This document shows positions 27,301 through 40,249 of a stretch of DNA of 64,000 nucleotides, one piece after another (the first letter of the stretch is position 1; each line of letters opens with the position of its first letter). A program made the position numbers and the translations under genes. The DNA comes from Azolla caroliniana (Eukaryota; Plantae; Polypodiophyta), in assembly GCA_043228905.1 (NCBI GenBank), contig JBHGNT010000001.1, forward strand, positions 21,204,001 through 21,268,000, read 5' to 3'. The notes under the pieces were generated by a model, which saw only the letters and a list, made by a program, of their open reading frames with translations, was not told where the DNA came from and made no database searches.

Positions 27301-29319
27301 CTTAGAAAGAGTTTGAGAATGTCCAAAAGCAATTTCTTATGAAGTTTCTTCAAATGAAGCCACAAGCACCATATATACTTGTATTACTTGAGGCCGAATC
27401 ACTTCCTATTGGGATCATAGCCATAGAAAGGGTTTCAAAAAACCCCCCACATTGCTTCCTTTGGTTTCATAGGAAGTGAGTAAAAGGATTCAAAAGACAC
27501 ACAAAAGCAAAAGTTTTGGTTTCGGATAGATAGAAGATATGAAGAAATGGTTTGGAAAATGGATGCATTACTTTTGCTTCATGATGTGTCAGTAGGCTAC
27601 TCATGAATGAGGTTTTTTTCCAACACTAGTGTACCACAGTTTGGGAAAGATGCGTAAGGTCACATTTCACACATTATATCATGATGTATTAACATTGAGA
27701 TTTGGAAAATAAAATCTTGCATATTTTAGGTTCAGGCTGCATACTACTCATGTATTCCAATCTCGAGTTAATGCAATCGGTATTAATTACTGTCTTGGCT
27801 TGTGAACTGTCTAAGAGTGTGCTATCCATGTTTCTGGCTTCCATGTCATTTCTTCACATTATAAGCAGCATTGTGAAATATGGTATTTTCAGAATGGAGA
27901 AGTGAGAGAGTATGTGTTGTAATGGTAGGATGGAAGACCTGGAACATCAAGTAATTGGCACCCCAATTCTGAAGATGAGATTGATGACTCTGTTCGAAGA
28001 GTAATGTGTAAGAAATGTAATAGAACACATCGCTGGGTTTGCACTGATAGGAGCAAATTACGTGCGAGATGGTGTCAGGTATATATTCTACGGCGTGCCA
28101 CTTTTGTAACTATAGTGTAGACTGTGATGGGATGCAAATATTGTGTTAAGGAATCCTGACATGAAATGTGGCACATGGAATTATGGGTACTTGATTTTGA
28201 CTAGGAAGGCTTTTGATGCATATATAGGAATGCCAAGACCATCATCAAGCTAAAGATGGTGATGGATGGGTAGAGCAACAAGCACAAGCCTTCTTCTTTG
28301 GTGTGTTTCAGAAGGTGGGTCTTAGTGTTATTGTAATAGGAGTTCATTTTCAAATATTACTTTCTACATTTATTTGTTTGAGATTTCCAGGTGGATGCGC
28401 CTCAAGCATTTGCATGTGCTGAAAGCAAGATTTATGAAGTGACCGAGTGGGTACAATGCCAGGTGACTTGAATCTTTCCTTGATAAATTATTATTAAAAT
28501 AATACTGCTAGTAACCATATTTTTTAAAAATTGCTATTACATTAGACATAAAAGAACTCAAAATTTATGCATAAATGTACCTTCAATATTGATTATGAAC
28601 AATACCACCTAATCTTACAGTGGACATAGGTTCCTTTCAATATTGATTAATAAGCAATACTCTCAAATCTTATGTTAGATAAAAGGATTTTCATAAAATG
28701 ATAATCTCTAATCTCATGTTAGACATAGAAGCACTTCTGATATTGACTAGTAACAATACTCTCATTTTACAGTAGACTCAAAGTCCCATCCAGTGTTGAT
28801 TAGCTAGCAATATTCTTTCATCTTACATAAGTCATAGAAGCCCTTTTCATAAGATGCTCTCTAATGCCACATTAGACAGAAACATCCCATATTGCTAACT
28901 AGTAACAGTACTCTACATTATTAGACATGCAAGCACTTTTACCTCTTTAATTTTACATCAGGAATAAATGCACTTTCAAAAAATATTTACTTGTAGCAAT
29001 ACTCTCTAATATTTTTAATTCCCAGGGAATGAAGTGTATACCTAACACTCATAAACCCTCCTTCCATGTGAGTACTACTGGTATGTTTAGAAGTTCGTCG
29101 AAGGCCCCACGGGCTAATAAAACAGCAGCCGATAACTTCCCTTTTGCACAAATGAATGAAAAGATGACCGAAGAAGAGTTTATGAGGTGGTTGGAAAATG
29201 CAATGGCATCAGGCATGTTCGGTGATACAACAACAAATGCTTCAGAGCAACCTGATCAGAAGGTTGGTTCGTGTACAAAACCTAGTCGGAAGAAGCGGAA
29301 GGGCAAGAACAAGTGGTAG
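15317..29319 (+). CDS. DnaJ/Hsp40 J-domain protein with N-terminal transmembrane segments and C-terminal Jiv90 domain (DNAJC14-like), about 712 aa
   Basis: GT-AG exons with consistent phase: 15317-16108, 18015-18144, 18864-19297, 19403-19483, 19581-19679, 27929-28078, 28228-28314, 28391-28462, 29026-29319. Motifs DHYAVL...KRDYRKKAMLLHPDKN...EAFKRLQNAYE (HPD intact) and CKKC...ARWCQECQDHHQAKDGDGWVE...CIPNTHKPSFHV. Confidence 0.93.
18171..18401. repeat. About 116-bp tandem duplication in intron 2
   Basis: GGAAATCA.GATTAAGGTATTAGAGTAGAGCAG...GAGGCAAACAGGA occurs twice with few differences. Confidence 0.9.
20237..22525 (-). mobile_element. Truncated Tnt1/Tork-like copia: RT fragment, RNase H, PPT and 3' LTR (21907-20237)
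   Basis: ORFs 22177-22395 and 21902-22180 (VALSTTEVEY, HSRTKHIQRRYHWLRE); PPT GAAGGGGGAG then TGTTAGG; LTR ends GGTCCACA. Confidence 0.85.
21292..21834. mobile_element. Non-autonomous hAT-type MITE
   Basis: TIR TAGCAATGGGCA/TGCCCATTGCTA; degenerate 8-bp TSD CTACCAAA/CTACTAGA; AACCG/GGTTT subterminal repeats; homologous to 31759-32357. Confidence 0.88.
22526..23765 (-). mobile_element. Copia 5' fragment: partial LTR, PBS, gag
   Basis: PBS TGGTATCAAAAC at 23625-23614; gag ORF 22459-23229 (KLDGTNYPMW...AWDVLKNLY). Confidence 0.85.
23770..25520 (-). pseudogene. Tnt1-like copia pol fragments in rearranged order (RT end and RNase H, then integrase)
   Basis: ORF 25199-25561 (VPYASACGSLMYAM); ORF 23924-25180 has RNase H (HAGTKYIDV) fused to LWHKRLGH, RTDNGGEY and NGLAERMNRT. 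Confidence 0.88.
25520..26270 (+). mobile_element. LINE reverse transcriptase fragment
   Basis: FDTMPR, VKQGCPLSPTL, LLYVDDIVL and YTYLGV non-LTR RT motifs. Confidence 0.88.
26653..27254. repeat. 301-bp tandem duplication, apparently identical
   Basis: 26653-26953 repeated at 26954-27254. Confidence 0.95.
27260..27690 (+). mobile_element. LINE fragment (same family as 13511-14055)
   Basis: CATCCCCAAGTCTACTTAGAAAGAGTTTGAGAATGTCCAAAA matches the reverse complement of 13875-13920. Confidence 0.7.
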
Positions 29320-31758
29320 AATGCCTTGTATTAAATAATCTTTATTTCTTCAAAGAAAATCATCTTCCTGAATTTTGTAATTTCACGAGTTCCTTTTGTG
29401 ATTTATATTCTGGAAATGGTAAAATGGCATTTCCTCTACGATCAAATTTATTGCCAGAGGTAAAAGTTCTAGATATAGGTGATTCCAAAATGGTATAGAA
29501 TTTAAATTCAAATTCATGATTTTCGATTTCCACACTTCAGTGGTTAAAAATATCTCGAAAATGCTTCAACATTGTAGATTGATTTCAAAATTTGCCACTT
29601 TATAATCAAAATTCTTTTCTTCCATAACTCTAATTTGTTGGTTTCAAATTCATCGTGCACATCCTAATGTGAGATTGGACTTTCTCTGTCAAGCACGACA
29701 AACATTCTATTTGAAATCAAGTCTAAGATGTCTTCTCATCATCATATTAAAAAGTACTGTTAAAAAGAAGGCTTCTGTAGTGTTCAAAAGTAATGCAGGC
29801 TGCAGCATTATTTATTTATTTAGGTAGAAAAGAAGTCCCAAAGCATGATACCAACAATATTGTGCTTTCCCAGACATAAATCCAATAAAATCAATTTGAT
29901 GTTTCTTTTCAAATTCTGAAAAGTGGAAGATTTGTTAGAAATTGCATAAATAGGACATCTTTCCAAATTCTGAAAGTGACTTGTTAGAAGTTTGAGGATG
30001 GAAGCATGAAATTAAAATTTGATGCAAGTTCTTCTCTTCAGATCTTTTGATCGATCATATTTCTATTGTTCATAAGTAGATTCTTCTATGTGAATAGCAT
30101 CAATTAAAATATAAAACAGAAGAAAAATCAAGTTGATTTTGTCGAACAAAGCAACCAAAACTTTTTCTTCTGATGGCTATTGTATAATTTAAAGAGTGCT
30201 TAAAGCTGGGTCTAATTTGTGATTGGATTTGGGAGAGCTTTAGAGATGGAAATGTTATATTTGTTTTTGGAAATCTCACATCCTTTTAATGTTGTGATAT
30301 GTGCTGTATTAGTGTTTATATTTCACTTTAATTCTAAGATAAAGTTTGATGTTTGGCGTAGGATGAATGAGGATGAATGAGCAAAGGATAATGAGCCACA
30401 TTTATGCCCTTTACAAAGGATATAAATAAGCTAGCATTCCCCTTCAAATATGATAAAAAAAAGTTTACATTACCATAAAATAATAATTACATTTCCTTGC
30501 AATATCTGACTTTGGCGACCCACTTGGTCATGAAAAGAGGAAAACACAATGTAGAGAGAGACCACATTGTGATAATAAAGCTATCAAGAATGACAATATA
30601 AGAGGAAGAGCCTTAAAACATTGTGTCTATATGTTCACGCTTAGAGAGAAATGAAGGGACTAAAATCAAATGCTATCTTCACTTGAAAATTACAAGTATC
30701 TCTTATAACTACTAGATGCATACATGCATCATACTTTTTCTACTCTTCTCATCATTTAGATTTTCAATTAATTCAATTGCACAACTTATTTTTTAAAAAA
30801 TTTAAATTCACAACAGATTTAGGAATAAATCAAGAAAAATCTGGAGCTTGATTGCCTTTTGATCCTCGTTATTGATTGATGTACCAGCAGGGAGGAATTT
30901 GGTCAAGGGGATTTGGGAACTTTCCCTTGATTTCTTTGAATGATTTGTGAACAAAAATATCTATGCATGGTAATCCACAAAGTATGATGGTTTGGACTAT
31001 GTTAGTATTTCATGAAAGAAGGATGTGATATCTATTGTTGATCATGATGGCAAATCAAACCATGGGATCACAACATAAGATTTAAGGTATTCTCCCATCC
31101 TTAAAAAGCATTGCAATGGAGGTTGTGGATTAAGTTTTTTTGCTTGATGACTCATAACAAGGTCTTCAACTAGTTTTTGTGGAACATTATTGAAACTTCA
31201 TCCTTCTTTAAAAGAAACAATGGATATGTTCTAATGCATTTATATCTCAGATTTAAGTAGTACATGTGCTTCATCTTCCACGAATTCCATATGATAAAAA
31301 GTGACATACCCTTTCATGTTATGTGAGACCAAACCCCCTGCTCTATTCCTATCCTATGTGCTCTTCTAAAGCGATTCATATAAAATCACTAGAGCTTAAG
31401 CTCTAGTCAAGGGCCATCTGCCATAAGAGTAATTGGTGACCATATGTGAAATTGCTAATATTGCATCTAATATATGCTATCATAAGAGAGAAAATGTAAA
31501 TGTATATCTTTGCTTATAGTTTAATATACCCCCCCCCCCCCCCCCCCCCCCTCCCTTTTTGAGTTAAATAATACTCACAATATCTTCAACTCATACCCAC
31601 ATGCCCATTCACAACCATTCATTCAACAAACACATACATACATTCATAAAAGTGTTCATTAATACACACATAAATATATATTCATACAACAATCCATTCA
31701 CTCACTACATTCATACAGTCATTGTTGACGTACACATACATGCATTCATCCTAGCCAT

Positions 31759-32357
31759 TAGCAATGGGCCCGGTTTTGGCTCAAATCGAACCGAACCGTT
31801 AAGCCATGGTTTCAAGGTTTATAAGTTTCCAAAAAATTAAATGGTTTAGAGTTTTAATTATTAATAAACGGTTCGGTTTTAGTTTGGTTTGGTTATGAAA
31901 CAAGGGTTTATCGGTTTAAGTAGTTTGGTTTAAAGGTTTTTGGGTTAACCTTTTTTATCCCTTAAATGTTTATGTAATTTAATGGTTTAATTAATGTTTT
32001 TTATTCATTTAATTCACTTAGCTTAAATGTTTATTTAATCTAATGGCTTAATTAATGCTTATTTATTTATTTAATTACTTTAACATAGATGCTTATTCAG
32101 TTTAGTTTATTTTTATTTATTTAATTTTTTAATTAGTTTGGCTTAAATGTGGTTAGGTTTAAACCTTTTATTAAATGGCTCGGTTTGGTTTTAACTTTTC
32201 CCTAAACGGTTTTGGTTTACCTTTTCTTATATGGTTTGGTTTAATGGCTTGAAAGTTCATAAATGGCTCGGTTTGGTTTTTGTTTTATATAAATGGTTTG
32301 GTTCAGTTCGGTTTGGTTTCAAGGCAAAGAAATCGAACCGAACCGGGCCCATCGCTA
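31759..32357. mobile_element. Non-autonomous hAT-type MITE
   Basis: TIR TAGCAATGGGCCCGGTT/AACCGGGCCCATCGCTA; perfect 8-bp TSD CTAGCCAT (31751-31758, 32358-32365). Confidence 0.92.
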
Positions 32358-32764
32358 CTAGCCATGATCTTTGAGGATCAAACCACTTTAATGCACACAT
32401 CAATTTCTCTACCCAAAACATCCAGTGAATGCTCACTACAACAAGTTCAATCTATGGGTGAAAGCATGCGAGTGAAAACAATTAGCTATGTCCTTGACAT
32501 AGCTAATTAGCTATGCAAAAAGCTAGCAGTGATAAATAGCCATTTTTGCACCATGAATGAACACATTAGAATGTTTTAATTATAAAAATGAGCACCATAA
32601 ATGTGCAACATAAACGTGTAACATAAATGGATATGTGCACCATAAATGTGTACCATAAATTATATACCAAATTCCTAGGTCCATTATGCATGATCCATTG
32701 CCACATCTCGTTGGCCATTACTTTGTGACTATTTCAGTCTTAGATTACTGCCATTGTTCCTAAA

Positions 32765-33320
32765 CCCTATTGAGTCCACTATGACATTGCCGTTATTCTA
32801 CACTAAGTTGCCGCCACGTCCAATCATCATTTGCCACTATTCGATCCGACGGAGTTCACTCCTCCATTGTCACCATTCTACACTGAGTTGATGCCACTGT
32901 TCGGTCTAAGCATCATTTGCCACTGTTCGCTCCTGTTGAATTCACTCCTCCATTGCCGCTATTTTACACTTAGTTGCCGCTACTGTTCGGTTGTGGATTG
33001 CTGCCACTCTCTGATCCAACGAAGTTCACTCTTCCTCCACTACCGCCATTCTACACTCAGTTGCCGCCACTGTGCATTCCAAGCATCATCTGCCACAGTT
33101 TGATCTAATGTAGTTCACTCTTCCATTGCCACCATTCTACACTCAATTGCCTCCACTGTTCGGTCCAAGCATCATTGTCACTGTTCGCTCCTATTGAGTT
33201 CACTCTTCTAGTCAGTTGCCACCACTATTTGGTCCAAGCATCATCTACCACTGTTCGCTCCTATTGAGTTCACTCCTGCATTGCCACCATTCAACACTCA
33301 GTTGCTGCCACAGTTCAGTC
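32765..33320. repeat. Degenerate ~85-bp tandem repeat, about 6-7 copies
   Basis: Recurring GAGTTCACTCCTCCATTGCCACCATTCTACACTCAGTTGCCGCCACTGTTCGGTCCAAGCATCAT. Confidence 0.85.
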
Positions 33321-33569
33321 CTGGATTGCATAACTGTTCTATTTGTTGATTACCTTGTGTATTGTTGTGTATAATCTTGTGTATTGCGGAATAATTTTGT
33401 GTATTGTTGTTGCTCATAGTCATCTTAGCTCGTTCCCAACGGTGGTTCAGTAGCTTTCAGTCTGTTGCAACAAACATAAACTTACCAATGGTGGGATCGC
33501 TCCTGTGAATAACCGGTTTGCATGCGGTTTAGTAACTAGCTACGTATCTTTTTTTGTGGAAATTTACTA

Positions 33570-36500
33570 ATGAGTATGTCAAGCCAAATGGAAGGGGATG
33601 GAGGGTGCTTACCAATACCCCTCATGGATCATCAGGATAGAGATGACGCTATCAGGACACAATAAGCGATATGAAAGTATTGGGCAGAAAAAAAGGAAAC
33701 ATCGTCAATTGTTGAGGGATACAAAAGTCACATTCACTAAAGGTAAGGATAGCATTGGTTGCGATATAGTTCTGAATACCACCGAGAATGGAAGTAAGGA
33801 GACTACTATCATAGAGAGAAAGGTTGTAGACTATTTCAATGTTCAGACGAAGCACATCAGCCTTGAATACAAGAAGGTAGTACTTTATGGAATATTAAAT
33901 GATCCATCGATAAAGGAGTTAGTTGATTTTGATGGTCTTAATGCAAACATAACATATGTACTAGTAAATAATCTCCGTAATAGTTTCGTATCCATGAACA
34001 GGTCAGACGATGATCTTGTCTTAAAAAGGTCTAGTATAATGATGTTACTTAATAGTGATGTTGATGATCTTAACATAAGTGTGCAATCTAAGGTAATTGG
34101 TGTTAGTAGAAAAAGTGTGTACAATACAATGAACAAGATAATTTCAAGTGGTGAAGGAACTAGTCTGCTATAGCTAACAACAAGATGTAAGCCAATGACA
34201 CACATAATATCAGAAATCAACGTTATAATCACCATATTTTGGACTAATGAGAGTAGGGTTTCACCCAATAAGAAGGATTTATGCAGGAAACGTGTTGGAA
34301 GGAGTCAATACCAGGAGCATCCCATTCATCTTCTTGATGTACCTCAAGTATTTACATTTATCTCTACTTTTGTTTTGATTTTTAAACTTACTTAGCTAAT
34401 TAGCTACCTCAGAATATGATCATAGCTGACTAGCTATTGGTAATAGCTAAATAGCGATATCAGCTAATTAGCTACCGCCATAGCTAATTAGGTATCTCAG
34501 AATATGAGCATAGCTAACTAGCTACTCATAATAGCAAAATAACTATTGCCAATACTAAACTTAGTTATTATCAGCTAATTTGCTACCACAATAGCTAATT
34601 AGGTACCTTAGAAGATGACCATACCTAACTAGCTAGTTACCAGTAGCTAGTTAGTTAATAATAGCTAACTAGCTACCACATTAGCTAATTAGGTACCTTA
34701 GAAGATGACCATACCTAACTAGCTAGTTACCAGTAGCTAGTTAGTTAATAATAGCTAACTAGCTACCACATTAGCTAATTAGCTACTCAGAATAGCTAGT
34801 TAGCCATGTCAAGAGCTAATTAGCTATTAAGGTAGCTAATTAGCTATTGGCAATAGATAGTTAGCTATGTGAGGAGCTAATTAGCTACTATCAATAGCTA
34901 ACTAGCTACTCTAAATAGCTAATTAGCTACTCGCAATAGCTAGTTAGCTATGTCAAGAGCTAATTAGCTATTAAGGTAGCTAATTTGCAACTCTTAATAG
35001 CTAATTAGCTACTCGCAACAACTAGTTACCTATGTCAAGAGCTAATTAGCAGCTATTGTCAATAGCTAATTAGTTAATTAGCTACTCACAACAACTAGTT
35101 AGCTATGTGAAGAGCTAATTAGCTACTCGCATTAGCTAGTTAGCTATGTCAAGAGCTAATTAGCTATTAAGGTAGCTAATTAGCTACTCGCAACAACTAG
35201 TTACCTATGTCAAGAGCTAATTAGCAGCTATTGTCAATAACTAATTAGTTAATTAGCTACTCACAACAACTAGTTAGCTATGTGAAGAGCTAATTAGCTA
35301 CTCGCATTAGCTAGTTAGCTATGTCGAGAGCTAATTAGCTATTAAGGTAGCTAATTAGCAATTTTCAATAACTAATTAGCTACTCGCAATAGCTAGTTAG
35401 CTATGTCAAGAGCTAATTAGCTATTAAGGTAGCTAATTAGCAACTATCAATAGCTAATTAGCTACTCTTAATAGCTAATTAGCTACTATGAGTAGCTAAT
35501 TAGCTATGGCAAGAGCTAATTAGCTATTAAGGTAGCTAATTACCTACTCTTAATAGCTAAGTAGCTACTCGCAACAACTAGTTAGCTATGTCAAGAGCTA
35601 ATAAGCTATTAAGGTAGCTAGTTAGCTACTCTTAATAGTTAATTAACTACTTGCAATAGCTAGTTGGCTATGTCAAGAGCTAATTAGCTATGTCAATAGC
35701 TAGTTAGTTACTCTTAATAGCTAATTAGCTACTATGAGAGTATGATCATAGCTAATCAGCTACCACACTATATCTAACTAGCTACATCAGGGCACATTTT
35801 TGCTACTCACTGGACTCCCTTTTTATTACGCCGGTTGATTTATTTATTAGGTTCAAGCGAATGCATCCAAATATCAAAGTTCAACTACGAACATTTAAGT
35901 CTCTTAAGCCACACTTTGTGAGATGCTTAAAGGATCAATACACATGCTGTTGCATTTACCATGTACACATGGGTTTTCTCAAGGACTCCGTTAATCTACT
36001 ACGTCACTATAGCTCCTCCCTAGAGGATGTAATCTACACTTGTGAGTGCCCTATTTGTCAATCTAGCTTGCAAGAGCATTGTAAATCATCATAGCATGTT
36101 ATCTCTTCCATGAGTGGTCTTTTAGATTCAGTATTGTGTCCGAGAGAATTTGAGGCTATCTTCCACAGTCATAAATGTGTCATGGGTTTATGTCAAGATT
36201 GTGGCCCCTAGTAGGTTTAGGTGGTGTCCAAAACAGTGGAGTAGTGAAATTTTAACCTCTGTCAAGTTATTTGAGTCTGTGGACACCAATTTTGGAATGA
36301 ATGGTGTGTAAAAGAAAGGATCTAGTTAGGAAGTCTCATAAACCAAGGGATTTAGCGTCTCTATTTGTAGTATCTCTAGGAAAGTTCATTAAACACAACT
36401 TCATTTATTTATGGCAGGCCCATCAGTTTAAGATTTGCATATCTGATTTTCCAAATGATGTAGTAGTCTCAATAGTAGATTTTGCAGAGAATTATACTTT

Positions 36501-37655
36501 CAACCATTAGAATGAAATTCAATCCATGCATTGGTGTTCAGTGCAAGTAACCATTTTTGTGCACATAACATATTTTCGAGTTTCAGGTGATGTTAAGAAA
36601 GTAATTCATTTTTTTATTTCTGATGATAAGAAGCATGATACCTTGTTTGTCCAACATTGTTTTAAGTTACATTGGCAATGGTTATTGAGTCAATGTTTGG
36701 AGCTTACTCAACATTGGGTCTGGTTTGACGGAGTTGCGCCACAATTCAAGGCTAGACATCCATTTTATTTTGTTGGCAGGTATCCTTCTGTAATAGGTTT
36801 GGAGATGAGATGGAATTTTTTTTGGGTCTAGCCATGGTAAAGGTGAACATGATGGAGCAGGTGCAGTTATAAAGCGGGCACTTACCCATGAACAACTAAA
36901 GGCAGATGGTGTGCATATGAATTGTGCAGCACATGTAGTCAAATGTTTAAGAGCTAATATGTCAACGAGTGCAACTGGTGTTTATTCCTCACAGGTTTGA
37001 GATATCAAACGCAAATTTTGGGAAGTGAAGATAGATGAAGTAAATAGGGAGAAGACCTGGGAGTGCCAAGGAATTCCCGAATTGCGATCTCTCCATACTG
37101 TTCGGGGTTATTCTAGGTTAGAGAATTAACTTGTTTTTGCTTCCATTGTGTGCAAGGAAATTGGAGGTATTGTTTAAACAAAGCATATATTCGGAATTCG
37201 AGTACCATACATTGAAGGATAAGGACCGAGCGGATGGAGAAACACAAAACAATGTTGACTTCACATATCAGGGCTATGGAGATACTCTGAATGATGTCAT
37301 AAATGTTGGAGAAAATTTCGCTGTAAATGTAGAAGAAGACAATTTAGAGGGTGTTGATTTCTATATATTGAAGTGCAAGGTTTGCAAACAATGTGCAACG
37401 CAGAATATTGTAGATTCTTGGGGAAATTTTGTATCTGTAGGGACATTCTACATCGAAGGTATTTTTTATGCATGACTAGATGATTACGATTATGTGTATA
37501 GGCTTTTAGAAGACAAACCAGTAGTGTACATGTACTCTCATTTGGTCAGGTGTATCAATGTCCCGATGTCGCAATATAATAGCTGCTCAAGTTTATACAC
37601 AGTTAGTGCTAATGTGTATGAATGTATTTACAATAGTATGCCAAGGAATTTGTAG
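33570..37655 (+). pseudogene. DDE transposase pseudogene, Sola2-like, with a ~1.5-kb intron (about 34349-35833)
   Basis: FWTNESRVSPNKKD; FKSLKPHFV...TCCCIYH; DFAENY; EIQSMHW...QVT; SDDKKHD; WFDGVAPQFK; WNFF...HGKGEHDGAGAVIKR; several stops and frameshifts. Superfamily assigned from recalled motifs only. Confidence 0.75.
34390..35790. repeat. Intronic array of the palindrome TAGCTAATTAGCTA and variants
   Basis: Dozens of copies; includes a 90-bp exact duplication (34592-34771) and larger higher-order repeats. Confidence 0.95.
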
Positions 37656-40249
37656 CTACAAGGAGGTCATACTAGTTTTCTTGTAAAATGAACAAAGTAG
37701 TTGTATTGCAAAAAAATAGTTTAATAAAATCATTTGGGAGACTGTCTTCTTTCTAATATAGAGTTTTCTTTCTATTCTTGTTTGTTAATAAAATCATTTG
37801 GGAGTCTTCTTTTTGATATTTTATGTTCTTCTTTCTTAATAAAATCATGTATGTTTAATAAAAAACAGTTTAATAAAATTGTGTATCTTTTTTATATACA
37901 ATCTTCTTTGTGTTCTTCTATCTGAAAGAAAAGTTTAATAAAATCGTTTGGGGGTCTTCTTTCTGTTCTTGTTTCTTAATAAAATCAACTCTGTTAAATG
38001 TGTAGTGATTGTCAGTTTTACTTATTGCAACTTTCGGTTTTAGTTTGTTCAATGTGCATAATGACGATTATACCGTCTATACTACATTTTTACTCTCAAG
38101 TGAACCATGTACAAGTTCAAACAACTTGTCATTCTAATAACAACCAACAGGATTAAATCAGAAATCAATTACCTATTTTAAAATTACACAGTAGATAATT
38201 TACTCAAAACAAGCGATTTAATTCTTCATTGATTCATCTGTCATCGAATTACATATTTATAATACACCATTGGCAATGTCTACAAAGCGCCTATAAATAG
38301 CTAAGCTCTTGTTGGTCAGTGGAACTTCTCTACATATGTGATCTGCATACCGAGCTCGGTATGGTGTCCACAACCATGCAGTTAGTTGACAACTCAATAT
38401 TTTCACCAAGTAGTTATCAAGCATTTCGTTAGGTACAATGAGACAACATCTGTGAAGGTTCTAGTAATGCCATAAATGTTTTGTATCCACAATCAACGTA
38501 TTGTCGATATTATATTCGGGCCAAGCATGCCAAAAATCAGAAAGTCTTTTGAATCTTGCAACATCCTGCTGCTCACATCTTTCTCGCGTCCACTGACCCT
38601 TGAAGTGTTGTCACCGCTTTGGGAAGAATCTTTCTACACACTTCCACACATCTGAACGTGGTTTTTCACTCCAAATAAACAAATCAAAGTATTGCACAAC
38701 CCACTCTAGAAATTGATTCACGTCCCTCCTTGGTGTCATATATCGCACACTCATCAGGACTTTATCACGCTCCAAGATCAAGGCTCTTCTTTCATCTTCT
38801 AATGGTTTACGTTTCCATTCCTACAACTGAGCCTCTGTTACACCAAGTATTGGTAGCACACGATCAATTTCCATCAACTCAGGTTCTGTTGACACAATTG
38901 GTGTCCTTTTCCTCTTCAAACCCCTAGTCGATTGTGTCTTTGGGTCTGACTTCACTTTGTTTTGCTCTTGTGTAGTCATTGGGCTTGGCTTCACATTGTT
39001 TTGCTCTTGTATAGTCGACTATGTCATCGGTCCTGGCATTACCTCTGTGCATGTAGATACTTCTCTGGTCGATATCGGCCCACTGGTATCACATGCTACA
39101 TCTACTTGCAAAATCAGATCATTTGTGCAACATGCTTGATCTACTTGCGTGACCAGATCATTTTGTTGGTCGTTTGCGGCCAAGTATGTAATGAGGAAGG
39201 GGCGAGCCGGTTTCCGGATATATAATAATATTATTAGTTATAGGAACAAACAGATCCGGAATAGGTATGCCGATCCACGAAACAGACCGAATTCATAGCT
39301 GGTTGCCGGTTAGGCACCGTTTTGTAACATAGAACCGGATGCCTATAAAAGGATCTGGGTATTGATGTATTAGACGAAGGAATATTGATATAAGAAAGTT
39401 TTGTTATTGTGTCTTGTGGATCTTTATGTTCTTATTCCGTTCTGCGCTCAATGTATGGATCTTACGTGTGGAGTTGATGTGTGCTGTGAATCTGGATACC
39501 GAACCAGAACCTAACCAGTTATGGTTGTTAGTGCTAAATCCCTTATAGTAACCACCCTTTGGTGAAGTGTTCGGAAGGGACACCATGTGTTAGAGGCAAG
39601 TCTGGCCCAGGAATAACACATATTTTGGCGACCACGGTTACTACAGCAAGCAGCGAACAACGGGGGGATGGACAACTAGGCCTACAAACGACCCAGTTGC
39701 CGAACGAGCAAGAAGACTAGCCGAGAGATTGCGGAGGCGAGAGGCTTACCAGCAGGCGGCTGAGGAGATCCAATCGGATCGATCTTTTTCCAACGTGATT
39801 CGGCGGGTCGCAGAGGAGTCACTCCGGTTACAACACAATCCATACCTAGACGAAGGAAGCAGTTTGAGCATTTTGTGGAACGCAAAATCCATCTTGCAGA
39901 CCCTCACGGTGGGTGATGTGTGATTCTTCACACACTATGTAAAAAAAAATGAAATAATTATTTTAGATTCGATTAGTGGCTTGATATGAAAAGATAGATG
40001 TCTTCAAGAGCTTCATAACACATTTTACTACACATGAAACAGATAAATAAGTATTAAGTTATGTGAATATGAAGTTTGAGAGGATAAGAAAAATAGAATT
40101 ATGAAATATCCCACATAGATAGGAAACTTTAGGATCCATCTATATAAGTAGATTGAGAACTAGAAGTTTTCATCTATGTGTTGAGAGCACAAAAGGAATG
40201 GTTGGACTTGGACCAATTTGTCTACATGGACAAATGTGGCTTAGGAAAC

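Noticed and set aside
30880-31300. Possible decayed gene fragment on minus (LINE zinc-finger-like VEDEAHVLL and faint terpene-synthase-like words)
   Set aside because: Needs several frameshifts; similarity is too weak to support without a search.
31529-31551. Poly-C run as a functional G-quadruplex
   Set aside because: An isolated homopolymer with no supporting context; such runs are also error-prone in sequencing.
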